A stretch of DNA of 64,000 nt, taken from the NCBI RefSeq assembly GCF_006345805.1, contig NC_043009.1, positions 66,898,001-66,962,000 of the forward strand, in the 5' to 3' direction. Below are positions 52,202-64,000 of this stretch, piece after piece (the first letter of the stretch is position 1; every line of letters begins with the position of its first letter). The notes below the pieces were generated by a model. That model was not told where the DNA came from and did no database searches. It worked only from the letters and a program-made list of their open reading frames with translations. Made by a program: the position numbers and the translations under genes. Origin of the DNA: Octopus sinensis. Lineage: Eukaryota.

Positions 52202-54368
52202 GGTATACAGTGAGAGAGAGAGAAGTGAAAGAGATAGAGAAACATTGAAAAAAGAGAAAAAAAAGAGTGGTGGTGGTGGTCGTGATCGTCGCCGTCGTCG
52301 TGGTGCTGGTGCTACTGGTGAAAGCGGCGACGGCGGCGGCGGCGGCGGCGGTGGTTGTGGTGGTTGTGGAGGTGGTGGTGGAGAAGGAAGGTTGCAGCGG
52401 AGAAAGATAAAGGTTCGGTGGATGATGAAAGTCTGGATGATTTATTAAAAGATAATAAAGTGTAGCGGTGGTCCATATATGGCCCCCCAGGTCAAATAAG
52501 AAATAAATCCCTTCACTCGTTCACTTTCCTACACATCATCGAGAATTTCACATTTAATTCATGGCTTCAATACACTTTCAATGATCACTCTTACTCTTTC
52601 CACCTTTCCTTCCTTTCTCTTCTCCTTTTTATTCTTTGTTGTTGTTGTTGTTGCTGTTGTTGTTGTTTTTATTTGTTAGTTTTCTTTTCTGTTTGTTTGT
52701 TTGATTTTTGTTCTTTTTCATCATCGGAATATTTTCAGATTAACACATTTTTCATTCTCTTATTCTCTCTTTCTCTCTCTCTCTTTCCCTCACTCACTAT
52801 CTTTATCTGTCTCTCTTTCTCACCCCCTCTCTCTCTCTCTCTCTTTCCCTCACTCACTATCTTTATCTGTCTCTCTTTCTCACCCCCTCTCTCTCTCTCT
52901 CTTTCCCTTCGTGCCACTTTCTGTCTATCTTCTTCCCTCATATGTCTCTCTCAATTTTTCAATCTTTCTCTTTTCTCTTTCCATTTCTTCGTTTTTCCAT
53001 ATCTCATGAACTCAGTCACTCACACACAAACACACAAACATCCACACAAACACACAAACACACACACATGCACACACACACACACACACATACACGCACA
53101 CATGCACGCACACACATACACGCACGAGCACATTTAGAGCTGGCACATCTGCTATTCTCTCGCTCTCCATAATCTCTCATTCTCTCATTCTCTCCCGTTT
53201 GTCATTTTGTTTCTTTCTCCAACACACATTCCAGATTAAAATATCATTCATTTTCCATCTCTCTGTCTGTCTCTCTCTCTCTCTCTTCTCTTTCTCTCTC
53301 CATGTATATGTGTGTACACATGGACTGTGTAATATAATTCATATGTGTGTGTGTGTGTTTACACATACATACATACATACATATATATATGCGCATACCT
53401 ATAAACCACACTGTAGTTTAAATATTCGTTGTAATGCTGCCTAGATTTTTTTCCTAAACCTTATTAATAAGCGTTTCCCCAGAAGATCTTTTAATAAAAA
53501 TCGTGTTAAAGGGTACTACAGTTGCACCAAAAACTTCGCTTATTCCATCCCTGTAGCCAGCATAAAAAGAAGACATTTTTGCAATATGAATGCAGGACAC
53601 TCTCTTTGTGATGAAATTTCATCAAATCTGATATCTGTCCCTTCAAATGTTTGTGCCTTTGCAATTTCTTGGTTGCATTCGCTCTTAAAGATGACAGAAA
53701 AACAAATAAAAACTATAGGTTATGTAGTGAGAACCCTTTTAGCACACTCGAAAAGCACACCCTAAAGAAAACATTAAGGTTTATAAGACGAAATTCGTCG
53801 CGTGTCTCCTCACAATAAATTTCCCAGCACTTGCGACCTCTGCTTCTCGGAGAATTACAACATTCTCTTACACTTTCTCCAATGGAAACAGAACTAAATC
53901 AATCGGAATTGGGGATTCTTTGCAGATACTTCCTTCAATGATGAAATTCAAACTGGCTAACACATTTTATTTCTTACATAATGGAGTCATCATACCCTGA
54001 AAGATGGTCGTATATTTTTAAATATACATTTATTTATTAAAACTAAAATATCATAAGCAAGAGTCGCTTTCACTGAACATGATACATAAGACATGAATAG
54101 ATAGAAAGTATCACGTCTTTTGAGCTTGTTAATATGAATGTGAGATATTTTTTAGAATTTTTTTCTGCAACTAACCAATCATCAGTGTATTTCGATGTGT
54201 TTGTGGATATTTTTGCTACGATATTGTCACGCTACTTCCTTACTATCACAAATATTCTTATTTAAGAATAATAAATTTGTACACAACAAAAGTATAGAGT
54301 AATCCATCAGATTACGGTAAAACTGGTTTTTTTTATTACAACTGAACGTAAACATACACCACACACAC

Positions 54369-54416
<48 letters not shown>

Positions 54417-54440
54417 TGACAGACAGACAGACAGACAGAC

Positions 54441-54487
<47 letters not shown>

Positions 54488-54930
54488 CATGTAAAATATA
54501 TGTGCGTGTGTACGTGTGTGTATGCATGTGTGTGAGTGTGTGTGTGTGTAAAATACATTGGGTAATTTATACGTGCTTATATTGCCAATTTTCAATGTCT
54601 TAATACATTAAAAGCTAGGTTTTTTACCCCCAACCCTTCATTTTTATATTTCTGAGCTTGCACATCTCTTCCCACCATTTTCTGATATGTTGTTATATGA
54701 ATAAATGAGACCACAAGGATCCATTTATTCATGTAACTTCAGTTTCGCTGCATACAACGGACAAATATTCTAATTTCGAGCGACAAGGGATTTTTACGTT
54801 TGAAGAGGGAGAAGCAGTTGATGACTCCCAAATGATTTCTAGCACCGGTAGCACTTGCCCAAGGTGCCACACAGTGGAACTGAACCCGGGACCATGTGGT
54901 TGGTAAGCAAACTACTTACCACCCAGCCAC

Positions 54931-55460
54931 TGGTATTTGTATATAAGCTTAAAGTTTATGGCGATCACCGTGCAACGACTAAAGAAACTAGTCTAATAAT
55001 GGGGCCGGTTTATATACCTCATTATTAGACTATTTTCCTTAGTCAATACACGGTGATTGCTATAAGCTTTTAGCTTATATAAAAATACCATTATTATTAC
55101 TTACAAGATTGTAAAACTCAGCGACGTATAACAAAACCAGTCGCACTGAAAGCACGAAGAAGCTTGTTTACAAAAAACAACTACAAACCAATAGAGTTCT
55201 TAAATTTGATACGAACAGAGAGGCTAATTCGCTGGTGTAATGGTAACACACTTGGTTGCATTAACAAAGGAATGTGGATTCGAATCCCATGTGGACAGGA
55301 AACCCTACTTTTTTTCTGTCGAGGGCTTAGATGCCCCTTTATTAGACTCTTTTCCTTAGTCATTGCACGGTGATCACCATAAGCTTATATCAAAATATTA
55401 TTATTATTTACAGGATTGTAAAACATGGCGCCGTATAAAAAAACCATTCGCATCGAAAGC
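54931..55460. repeat. Composite repeat: ~160-bp hairpin (54931-55090), diverged direct repeat (55020-55155 / 55335-55460) and central tRNA-like segment
   Basis: Inverted and direct homologies read directly. Confidence 0.7.
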
Positions 55461-55574
55461 ATATATATATATATATATATATATTTATTTATTTATTTAT
55501 TTATTGTGTGTGTATGTCTATAGCATATTTATTCTATGTGCTCGTACGATTGCGTCAAAATACTATATTTAGAC

Positions 55575-55873
55575 TTAATCGACAGTCTACATTCTACATT
55601 AATTTACCAATATAGCAAATAGAATATTGCCTTCAAAGGTCTCTTTCAGTCCTATACACACACATATACATGCACACACACTCACAGACACGCAGACACA
55701 CGTAGAAATAAACGCACAAAACACGCGCGCGCGCGCTCGTCTAAACATTAACATTATTACATCATATAACCCAACATCGAAGCCAAATGCGGATTCAAAA
55801 ACAACTTCCCCTACACATACAGCTCTTGTGCTGTGTGTGTGTGTGTGTGTGGCTGTGGTTGTGGTTGTGTGTA

Positions 55874-55916
<43 letters not shown>

Positions 55917-55995
55917 ACGACTGAAAGAGGCCCTTCGAGGCAATGTCACATTTGCTATGTTGGTGAACTAATGTAGAAAGTGTGTTGTCGAATAA
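55575..55995. mobile_element. Foldback/MITE-like element with ~80-bp diverged terminal inverted repeats
   Basis: ttctacattaatttaccaatatagcaaat...tctttcagtc versus gactgaaaga...atttgctatgttggtgaactaatgtagaa. Confidence 0.6.
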
Positions 55996-56494
55996 AGCAC
56001 TTTGGTGCATTTGTATATGCATACAGGGTAGAAAGGGGAGGAGGAAGAGGAGGAGAGAAAGTGGTGGAGGAAGAGGAGGAGAGAAAGGGGTGGAGGAGAG
56101 GAGGAAAGAAGTGGAGGGGAGGAGATGCTGGACACAAGTGTGTGCATGTGTGTATTTGTACATGTGTGTATTTGTGCCTGTGTGTGTGTGTGTGGATTAC
56201 ACCCGTGTAATATATCATCGGCCAATAGGTGTCGGTAAGAAGCAATAATGGTGCAGCGATACGAGTGACCTCCCTTAGTGTGCAATAAATCCTGCACCTG
56301 TTCACCTGCACCGGCGTCTGAGGTGAAGTGCTACGCGCCAAGCGCACACTCCAATGAGTCTTATTGATTCATAGATTCACCGTCTTTGGCGAAGGTCTGG
56401 CAATGGGGGAGGTCTAACTACGGTAGCTGCAATTATATATACGCACATGCGTGTCTATACCTACATATATACATACACATATATAAATATACAT

Positions 56495-56529
<35 letters not shown>

Positions 56530-56655
56530 ATATATACATACATAACTTTCACACATTTCACACATACACATATGTACATATATCTGTGCGCTATGTTGCA
56601 AATATTGTATCTATCTATCAATATCTACGACTATCGATCATATATATATATATAT

Positions 56656-56686
<31 letters not shown>

Positions 56687-56909
56687 TATATATGTATATA
56701 TATTATATATATGATATATATGATCTGCGCTGCGCTTTGGTTTTGCATGTATATATGTACATATACATGCTTCATTTTATTACATTGAACGGAACAAAAT
56801 TCGATACACTGTAAGACCTAAAAAGCTAATCTACATATACGTTATGTGTGCGAGTATATGTGTGCTTATACACACACACACACACACCACACACACACAC
56901 ATACACACA

Positions 56910-56971
<62 letters not shown>

Positions 56972-57050
56972 TGCATATATATATATGCATATGATACATA
57001 TATGCATATATATACAACATACATCATGCGTACATACGTACAAATATGTA

Positions 57051-57098
<48 letters not shown>

Positions 57099-57823
57099 TA
57101 TATATATAATATATATATACTATAATATATAGAGGGAGGTGAATGTGTTGTTTTGCATGTGTGCACGCATGTATAGTGTATTGTATTTTGCGTGTGTCTG
57201 TGTGTGTGTTTGTAGGTGTATGCATTGGCATGTGTGCGCATGTATATTACATCCGGTTACATCGTATGCGATGTATATACATCATCTATATTTGTCTCAT
57301 CCAATTGTCTGCTCATCTGAATTCTTCGACGGTCCATATTTACTCTCTCCAACCTAACCAAATACTTCTGAGCGGAAGCAATGTATATAATATACACACT
57401 GCAAATTCAATATGAGTATATTAAATCTAGGCAAGAATCTATGTTCATTTATGTTGACTTTAGTTGAACTCATTCAGAAACCGCAAACATTTGACAAACA
57501 ATAAGCACACACGCAAAACGAAAATAATATCAGCCATTATCAACTAATACCACACACACACAACACATACACACACACACACACCACATACACACACACA
57601 TATATATATATACATACATACGCAAGCGTGTGTGCCTGTGTATATATATATATTATCGACAAATCCTAAATACACACATATATGTACATACATATGCAAG
57701 TCTGTGTGTATATAGATATATATAAAATATATATATATATATATTATTGACAAATATCTACGCCTTTGTCTCCCTCTCCAACTCTCTCTTTCTCTCTTTG
57801 TATATATATATGTATCTATGTGT

Positions 57824-57855
<32 letters not shown>

Positions 57856-58380
57856 AAATGTATGTATATTAATATAATTTTTATATATATTGATATTGAT
57901 ATTAGTCAGTAATTGGTAATATATTTATCAATTAATGTCTATGATATGTGTGCGTGCGTGTGTGTGTATGTGTGTGTGGTGTGTGTGTGTGTGTGTGTGT
58001 GTACAAAGAGAAAAGGGGAAAGGTGAGAGAAGGAGAGAGAGGAAGAGAGAAAGAAAGTCACAAACATACGATCTTAGAAACGCAGTTATTAGTGGGAAAT
58101 GGATGATGTTGTGTGGTGGCGGTGGTGGGGGTGGGGGGTGTATGTGCTTAGTATTGGTTGTTAGATCGCATGAAGACGGTAGCGTCCCGAAGTTTTAAAG
58201 CGGACTTTCACAGTACTTAAGGAATCAAATGACAAAATGGCGGTGTGTCACGTGATAATGGACGTCACCAAATCGCGTGTTCGATTCCCTGACCAAATGG
58301 TGCGTTGTGATTTTGAGCAAATCATTTCATTTCACGTTGCTCTGCGATCCCAGCGACACCTGACGTGTGCTGCACCATGC

Positions 58381-58841
58381 GCATACATACATACATACAT
58401 ACATACATACATACATACATACATTCATACATACATACATACATACATACATACATACATACATACATACATACATACATTCATACATACATACATACAT
58501 ACATACATACATACATTCATACATACATAATACATACATTCATAATACATACATACATACATACATACATACTACATACATTCATACATACATACATACA
58601 TACATACATACATACATACATACATTCATACTACATACATACATACATTCTACATACATACATACATACATACATACATACATACATCATACATACATAC
58701 ATACAATACATACATACATGCAATACATACATACATACATACATACATACATACATACATACATTCATACATACATTACATACATACATACATACGTACA
58801 TACTACATACATACATACATACATTCATACATACATACATA
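58381..58841. repeat. (TACA)n tetranucleotide array
   Basis: Read directly. Confidence 0.95.
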
Positions 58842-58971
58842 CGGCAACGGGAAACTCAGAGTAACAGGTTTTGTTGAATTTTCTGCTGCTTTAAATAAAG
58901 CATATTACTCTACCACTGGTATTTGAGTACTCTTTTTTCCACCTTGCTTCACATGTATGTGTTTACTCCGG
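58842..58971 (+). mobile_element. 5'-truncated copy of the 10100-10345 Penelope-like repeat (3' half of the hammerhead retained)
   Basis: cggcaacggGAAActcagagTAacagg... nearly identical to the reverse complement of 10100-10229. Confidence 0.8.
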
Positions 58972-58994
58972 TATATATACATATATATATATTA

Positions 58995-59392
58995 TGCGCA
59001 GGAGTGACCCAGTGGTAAGAAGCTTGCTTCCCAACCACATGGTTTTGGGTTCAATCCCACTGCGTGGCACCTTGGGCAAGTGTCTTCTACTAAAGCCTCA
59101 GGCTGACCAAAGCCTTGTGAGTGGATTTGGTAGACGGAAACTACAAGAAGCCCATCGTGTATATATGTATATATTTATGTGTGTGTGTCTTTGTCCTTCT
59201 CCCACCATCACTTGACAACCGGTGCTGTTGTGTTTACGTCCCCGTAACTTAGCGGTTCGCCAAAAGAGACCGATAGAATAAGTACCAGGCTTAAAAAATA
59301 AGTACTGGAGTTGATTCATTCGACTAAAAATTCAAGGCGGTGCCCCAGCATGGCCGCAGCTTAATGACTGAAACAAGTAAAAGATAAAAAGA
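58995..59392 (+). mobile_element. SINE family A
   Basis: Homologous to 7627-8030. Confidence 0.85.
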
Positions 59393-61317
59393 TACCACTA
59401 CTAAATTCACTGACAAGGCTTTTGATTGATCCGGGGGAAATGGTAGAAAGCACTTTCTCAAAGTGCCACGCCATAGGATTGAACCCGAAATCACATGATT
59501 GCAAAGCGAGCTTCTTAACCACACACACCCGCGCCCACGGATTTTGCTTGGTTTTGTTTTATTTCTTTTTTTTTTTTTTTTCTCTGAACTATTTGTTTCA
59601 CCTGGCGATAATTATCTCTGTTAAAGACCGTTTGTATTTTAATCAAGTCTTCTGCTGCGATACTTAAGCTATGAGCAATGTGACGATTCTAAGAAGAGAA
59701 GAATTTACGGAGAGATCCATTCCTCTTGTAAACGTTTACAACAACGTCTCGAAGAAGTTAGAAGCGACAACAAACATGGTTGACATGCTGTAAATAGGAG
59801 CGTTTATCAGCGCCGGAAATAGGATCAGTGACCTTTAACTAATGATTCGCAGACAACAGCCTGTGAATTGCGATAAATAATCTTAACCGTTATATCTACT
59901 TCATGCGATTAGTGTTCTATGATATTTTGTACAAGCAACTCCATTTGGATCGCAACGTTGTCGATATGCTAAGAACTGCTGCCAAAAGATAATAGATAAA
60001 ATCTGTACAAATTGGTTTTGCCGAAAGCGTTAATTAATGAAATACATTTTGCAGAAACTGAATTCTTCCACTTTTATTCCAGAGAAGCAGTTGACTCGCA
60101 CAAAACAAAAAAGGAAAGGAAACTACGTCGTTTGTACTGAAGAGAATCTCCACGTTTCTGTTGCAAAGACAAAAGCAAAAAAGAAAAGGAAAAGCAATCA
60201 CGCTGCTGCAATCACTCAGGATTGTGAAATCGATATTTTCCATACTTTGACAATTTTTACCTGAAGATGTCGTGGAAGTAATTATTTCTCTACCTGCATA
60301 AACTGACGTTGGTTGATGTACGCTCTTGTAAAATGAGCGCTCTTCTGCGTTGCCTTCGATCCCGTTAAAAAAAATATTCCTGCTATTTCCAGTTTATGGA
60401 GCGATGATATAAAGAATTCTTTCTTCGCTTTCTTAGAATTAAATATCACACGCCTGCTAAAAATGTCTGTTAAATGAAATAATATCTTTGTTGTTCTTCT
60501 TCCTTCGTCGAAAGAGAGGACACCTTCCTATTGCTATTTGAGTAGATAAGAAATCCATAAAGAGTTGTCACTATTCGAACTGGCTTTACACCGAAACGGC
60601 CCAGTTTTTCTTTATTTCAATGTCAGAGACTAACATACGTAGCTGAGAATTATTTAGGACCAAATTTATCTGTTTATTATACAAAATTCCTTCCTCTTTG
60701 TAGGATTGTTTCGATGCAGAGTCAATATATTTTCCCCCATATTGATCCGTTTTCAATTTTTATCTTCGTCAAGACTAGATAATCGAAATATCTCTTAGCT
60801 GTTAAGTCTATCCCGAAACTTCAGGCGCATTCTGTCGGAGCTTACCGCAGTTGACATGGCGATTAAGTGACCGAAATATTTTCCCTGAACGGGTGGCCAC
60901 TCCTTTGCAAGATTAATTCCCAGTTGCCACTTCTGCCTATTTTCACGAAGGAAACGTGAAGAGAAGCATTTTGTTTAAGAACACAGTGCACCGCCCAGTC
61001 TGCAAGACGAAACCACTAGAATCGTGATTCCAGCACTCACCACCAGGTCATAAATAAATATTTCCTCATGAAGATTCGCTTGTCTTTAAGAATAAGAATG
61101 TGTTGAAGTTAAAGTTTAAGAATAAGAATGTGTTAATGTCGAAGTTGTTTTTTCTTTTATGTTTAATAAATATTTCAGATATCGTGTGTGCGTTGAAGAT
61201 GTTTCAGCTTCTCAGAAGAAGAATTTCTGTTTTCTATTCCACGCCAATTGGTTAGGAATCGTTAGACTAAATCTAATATTCACAGTTTAGCCATTCACAC
61301 ACATTCGACCGCACGCA

Positions 61318-61348
<31 letters not shown>

Positions 61349-61405
61349 CATACAAAACGAACATATAAACACGCACACTCATATACATGTGTGTGGAGTG
61401 TATGC

Positions 61406-61458
<53 letters not shown>

Positions 61459-62339
61459 TATATCATATGTGTATATATGCCACATGCATACAGTCACATT
61501 TAATAGTATACACACCTGTAAACACACAAAAGAACTGACAAACAGACGCCCACACGCACACACATGGCACATCGACACACTTTTCACTTTCACGCACACA
61601 AGCATACAGTCATACACTTACAGAAACACATACACACACACACACACACACACCCGTACACACACATCAATATATCTGAATGAGTACAATAACGATTCTT
61701 TTACTGGTTTCCACAAGAGGTTGTGGCCATGCTGGGACACCAGTCAATGCTCTCATACATCGTATATATATTTTTCAATTAGATTAATGTGTATATGTGA
61801 GTGTGTATATACATACCTATACATGTATAGATATATACATATAGTTTGATTTACACAATTTAGAGTTATGGGTAACCAATAGTTTCATACATTGGAGATA
61901 TATTCTAGGCAGGTTTTAATAACACGCCTGGCATCTCCCGGCAATCTTCGGGCTCTGCTCACATGGCTTATACAAGTTACAAATCAGGACAACAAAACTC
62001 ACGAGAAAAAACAAGAGGAAGGTGGATGCAAAAAGCGGAAGGGTGGAAGAAACGGGAAACGAAAGGTAAAAGGAAAGATAATTATAGTTATGTCCCCTTT
62101 GGCCGTAAAGACATAAAGCCAGTTGGTGTAGAATCAACGGAATAATGGATCTAAAGTCTGCGATACAGCTGCTCAATCTAGATATATATATATATTGAAA
62201 TGAGGAGTCGACAACTGATGAAGGGTCGCTTTCTGTGTTTACTTGTTTTCCATTTTTTCATCGCTGTTTACGTATTTAACTCGTTTGTTTTCGTATTACA
62301 TGTTATTTACACAGTTAGTGACGTCCTATAACCCATATA

Positions 62340-62388
<49 letters not shown>

Positions 62389-62397
62389 ATATATAGA

Positions 62398-62454
<57 letters not shown>

Positions 62455-62536
62455 CATACATATATAAAAATTAACAGAATGAGATAAAAAAAAATCCAAG
62501 GCTGTGAACAGTTTTCAGAACATTTATAAAGAGAAG

Positions 62537-62584
62537 GTCTTACAGCTGTTTCCGGAATATTTTATATAGCCCTTCATCAGAGAC
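62537..62584 (-). ncRNA. Minimal type-I hammerhead ribozyme, canonical core
   Basis: gtct-CUGAUGA-a-ggg..tcc-g-GAA-A cagctg U-A-agac; palindromic stem III ACAGCUGU and GUA triplet; lies in a ~160-bp insert between microsatellites. Confidence 0.75.
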
Positions 62585-62617
62585 GGTGCGAGATAGTGTT
62601 TAATAGTTATTATCGAA

Positions 62618-62663
<46 letters not shown>

Positions 62664-62724
62664 TATATTATTATATTATTAGTTAATTGAACGCCACGTA
62701 TCCATTTCCAAATATATATAATAT

Positions 62725-62758
<34 letters not shown>

Positions 62759-63569
62759 ATATATCTATATATATATATACAACACACACCACATACATAC
62801 ATACATACATACATACATACATACATACATACATACATACACCACACACACATACCCATACATATGTGTGTGCATGCGCACGAGTGTGTATATTTGCACG
62901 TACGTCTTTGCATATGTTAATGTTTCTATGTTTGCTGTTTAAGTATGTACATGCGTTCGTGTGTATGTGTATGTTGGTGCAGCATGGACAAATGATAACA
63001 AGTTCGTTTCATACTCATTTGTCCCGGGTTCGATCCCACTATGTGACATCTCGGTTAATTTTCTTTTCTCCAAAGCCTTGAATTCACCTAAAACTTGTGA
63101 ATAGAATTTGGTCGACAGAAACTGCATGGAAGCTCCCTGGATGGGCTGCACATGCAATTTCAGGATTCAGTTTCGCCATTGAGTGTGTCCCCCCCCCTAT
63201 CAACTCAACATTGCTTATACAGCTCTGCGGTGTGTAACACCGTTGACCTCTATTGGCAATGTCGAAGTGATTGCAGAACAAACGTAAAATGAAGCGTTTT
63301 GCCCAAGAACACAACGTACTGCCCCGGTGCAGGAATTGAGATCACGATCAGCTCCCTAACCACTAGGCCACACGTCCTCATATACATGCCTTTTAAATTG
63401 AAGACTATTTTCTCTATATAAGAATTGCCTAACTTTGTATATTTGTTAGATTTAGTTTGATTTAGTTTGAAGTTATGTCATGCTGAGGATTCCAAAGAAA
63501 GATGGAATACGTGTCAACCAAAACTAGAGACATGTTTCTACTCCTTACTATATGTAGAAAAAGAAATAT

Positions 63570-63730
63570 TCTTTTCTACTCTCGGCACACTGCACGAAAT
63601 TTGGTGGGGGAGGGGCCAGTCGATTAGATCGACTCAAGTACGTAACTGGTACTTAATTTATCGACCCCAAAAGGATGAAAAGCAAAGTCGAACTCGGCGG
63701 AATTTGAATTCAGAACGTAGAGACAGACGA
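63570..63730 (-). mobile_element. SINE family B body
   Basis: Reverse complement of the family B core. Confidence 0.75.
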
Positions 63731-63875
63731 AAAGAAAAAGAAATATTAAATATTAAATGTGTATGTTCTGTACACCTTTACTCTTTAAATTTCAAACTTC
63801 GAAACATGCCTCAAATTAGCTTAATCTAGAAGGGATTGTCTCCCCTACGATATGATCAACAGGGATACATATCAC

Positions 63876-63953
<78 letters not shown>

Positions 63954-64000
63954 ATGCTATCCAATCATCTCGTTCTTGGTCCCCTCCTAAATCTACTGTG

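Noticed and set aside
51100-52245. 381-aa and 173-aa low-complexity ORFs
   Set aside because: They are translations of (TTA)n, (GT)n and polypurine tracts.
52772-52908. 60-bp tandem duplication in a CT-rich tract
   Set aside because: Ordinary slippage in low-complexity DNA.
59650-60264. Possible piggyBac transposase C-terminal remnant (…YVVC…CEIDIFHT)
   Set aside because: The resemblance is vague, with many stops and no TIR found; it needs a profile search.
62215-62240. CUGAUGA core on the plus strand
   Set aside because: No downstream stem II-GAAA-UH arrangement.

Overview
This is AT-rich, microsatellite-saturated eukaryotic non-coding DNA. The tRNA-derived SINE families and repeat style suggest an octopus or other cephalopod genome (inference only). 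No host protein-coding gene is supportable, and nearly all listed ORFs are translations of simple repeats, including the 2333-aa ORF over a ~10.6-kb degenerate (GGT)n array. Recognisable coding content is all transposon-derived: a near-intact Tc1 (DD34E) element, a decayed hAT (Buster/Charlie-type) transposase, a 5'-truncated RTE-like LINE with TSD, R4/Dong-like fragments, an RTE APE fragment split by a SINE, a mariner end, gag-like ORF1 remnants and a Penelope-type GIY-YIG fragment. The most interesting signal is a set of short Penelope-like terminal-repeat families, inserted in microsatellites and often as inverted pairs. Each carries a minimal type-I hammerhead ribozyme fold with a palindromic stem III, and several have non-canonical cores (compensatory G3-C8 swap, U4C, A6U). 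There is a 100-N assembly gap at 45079-45178.
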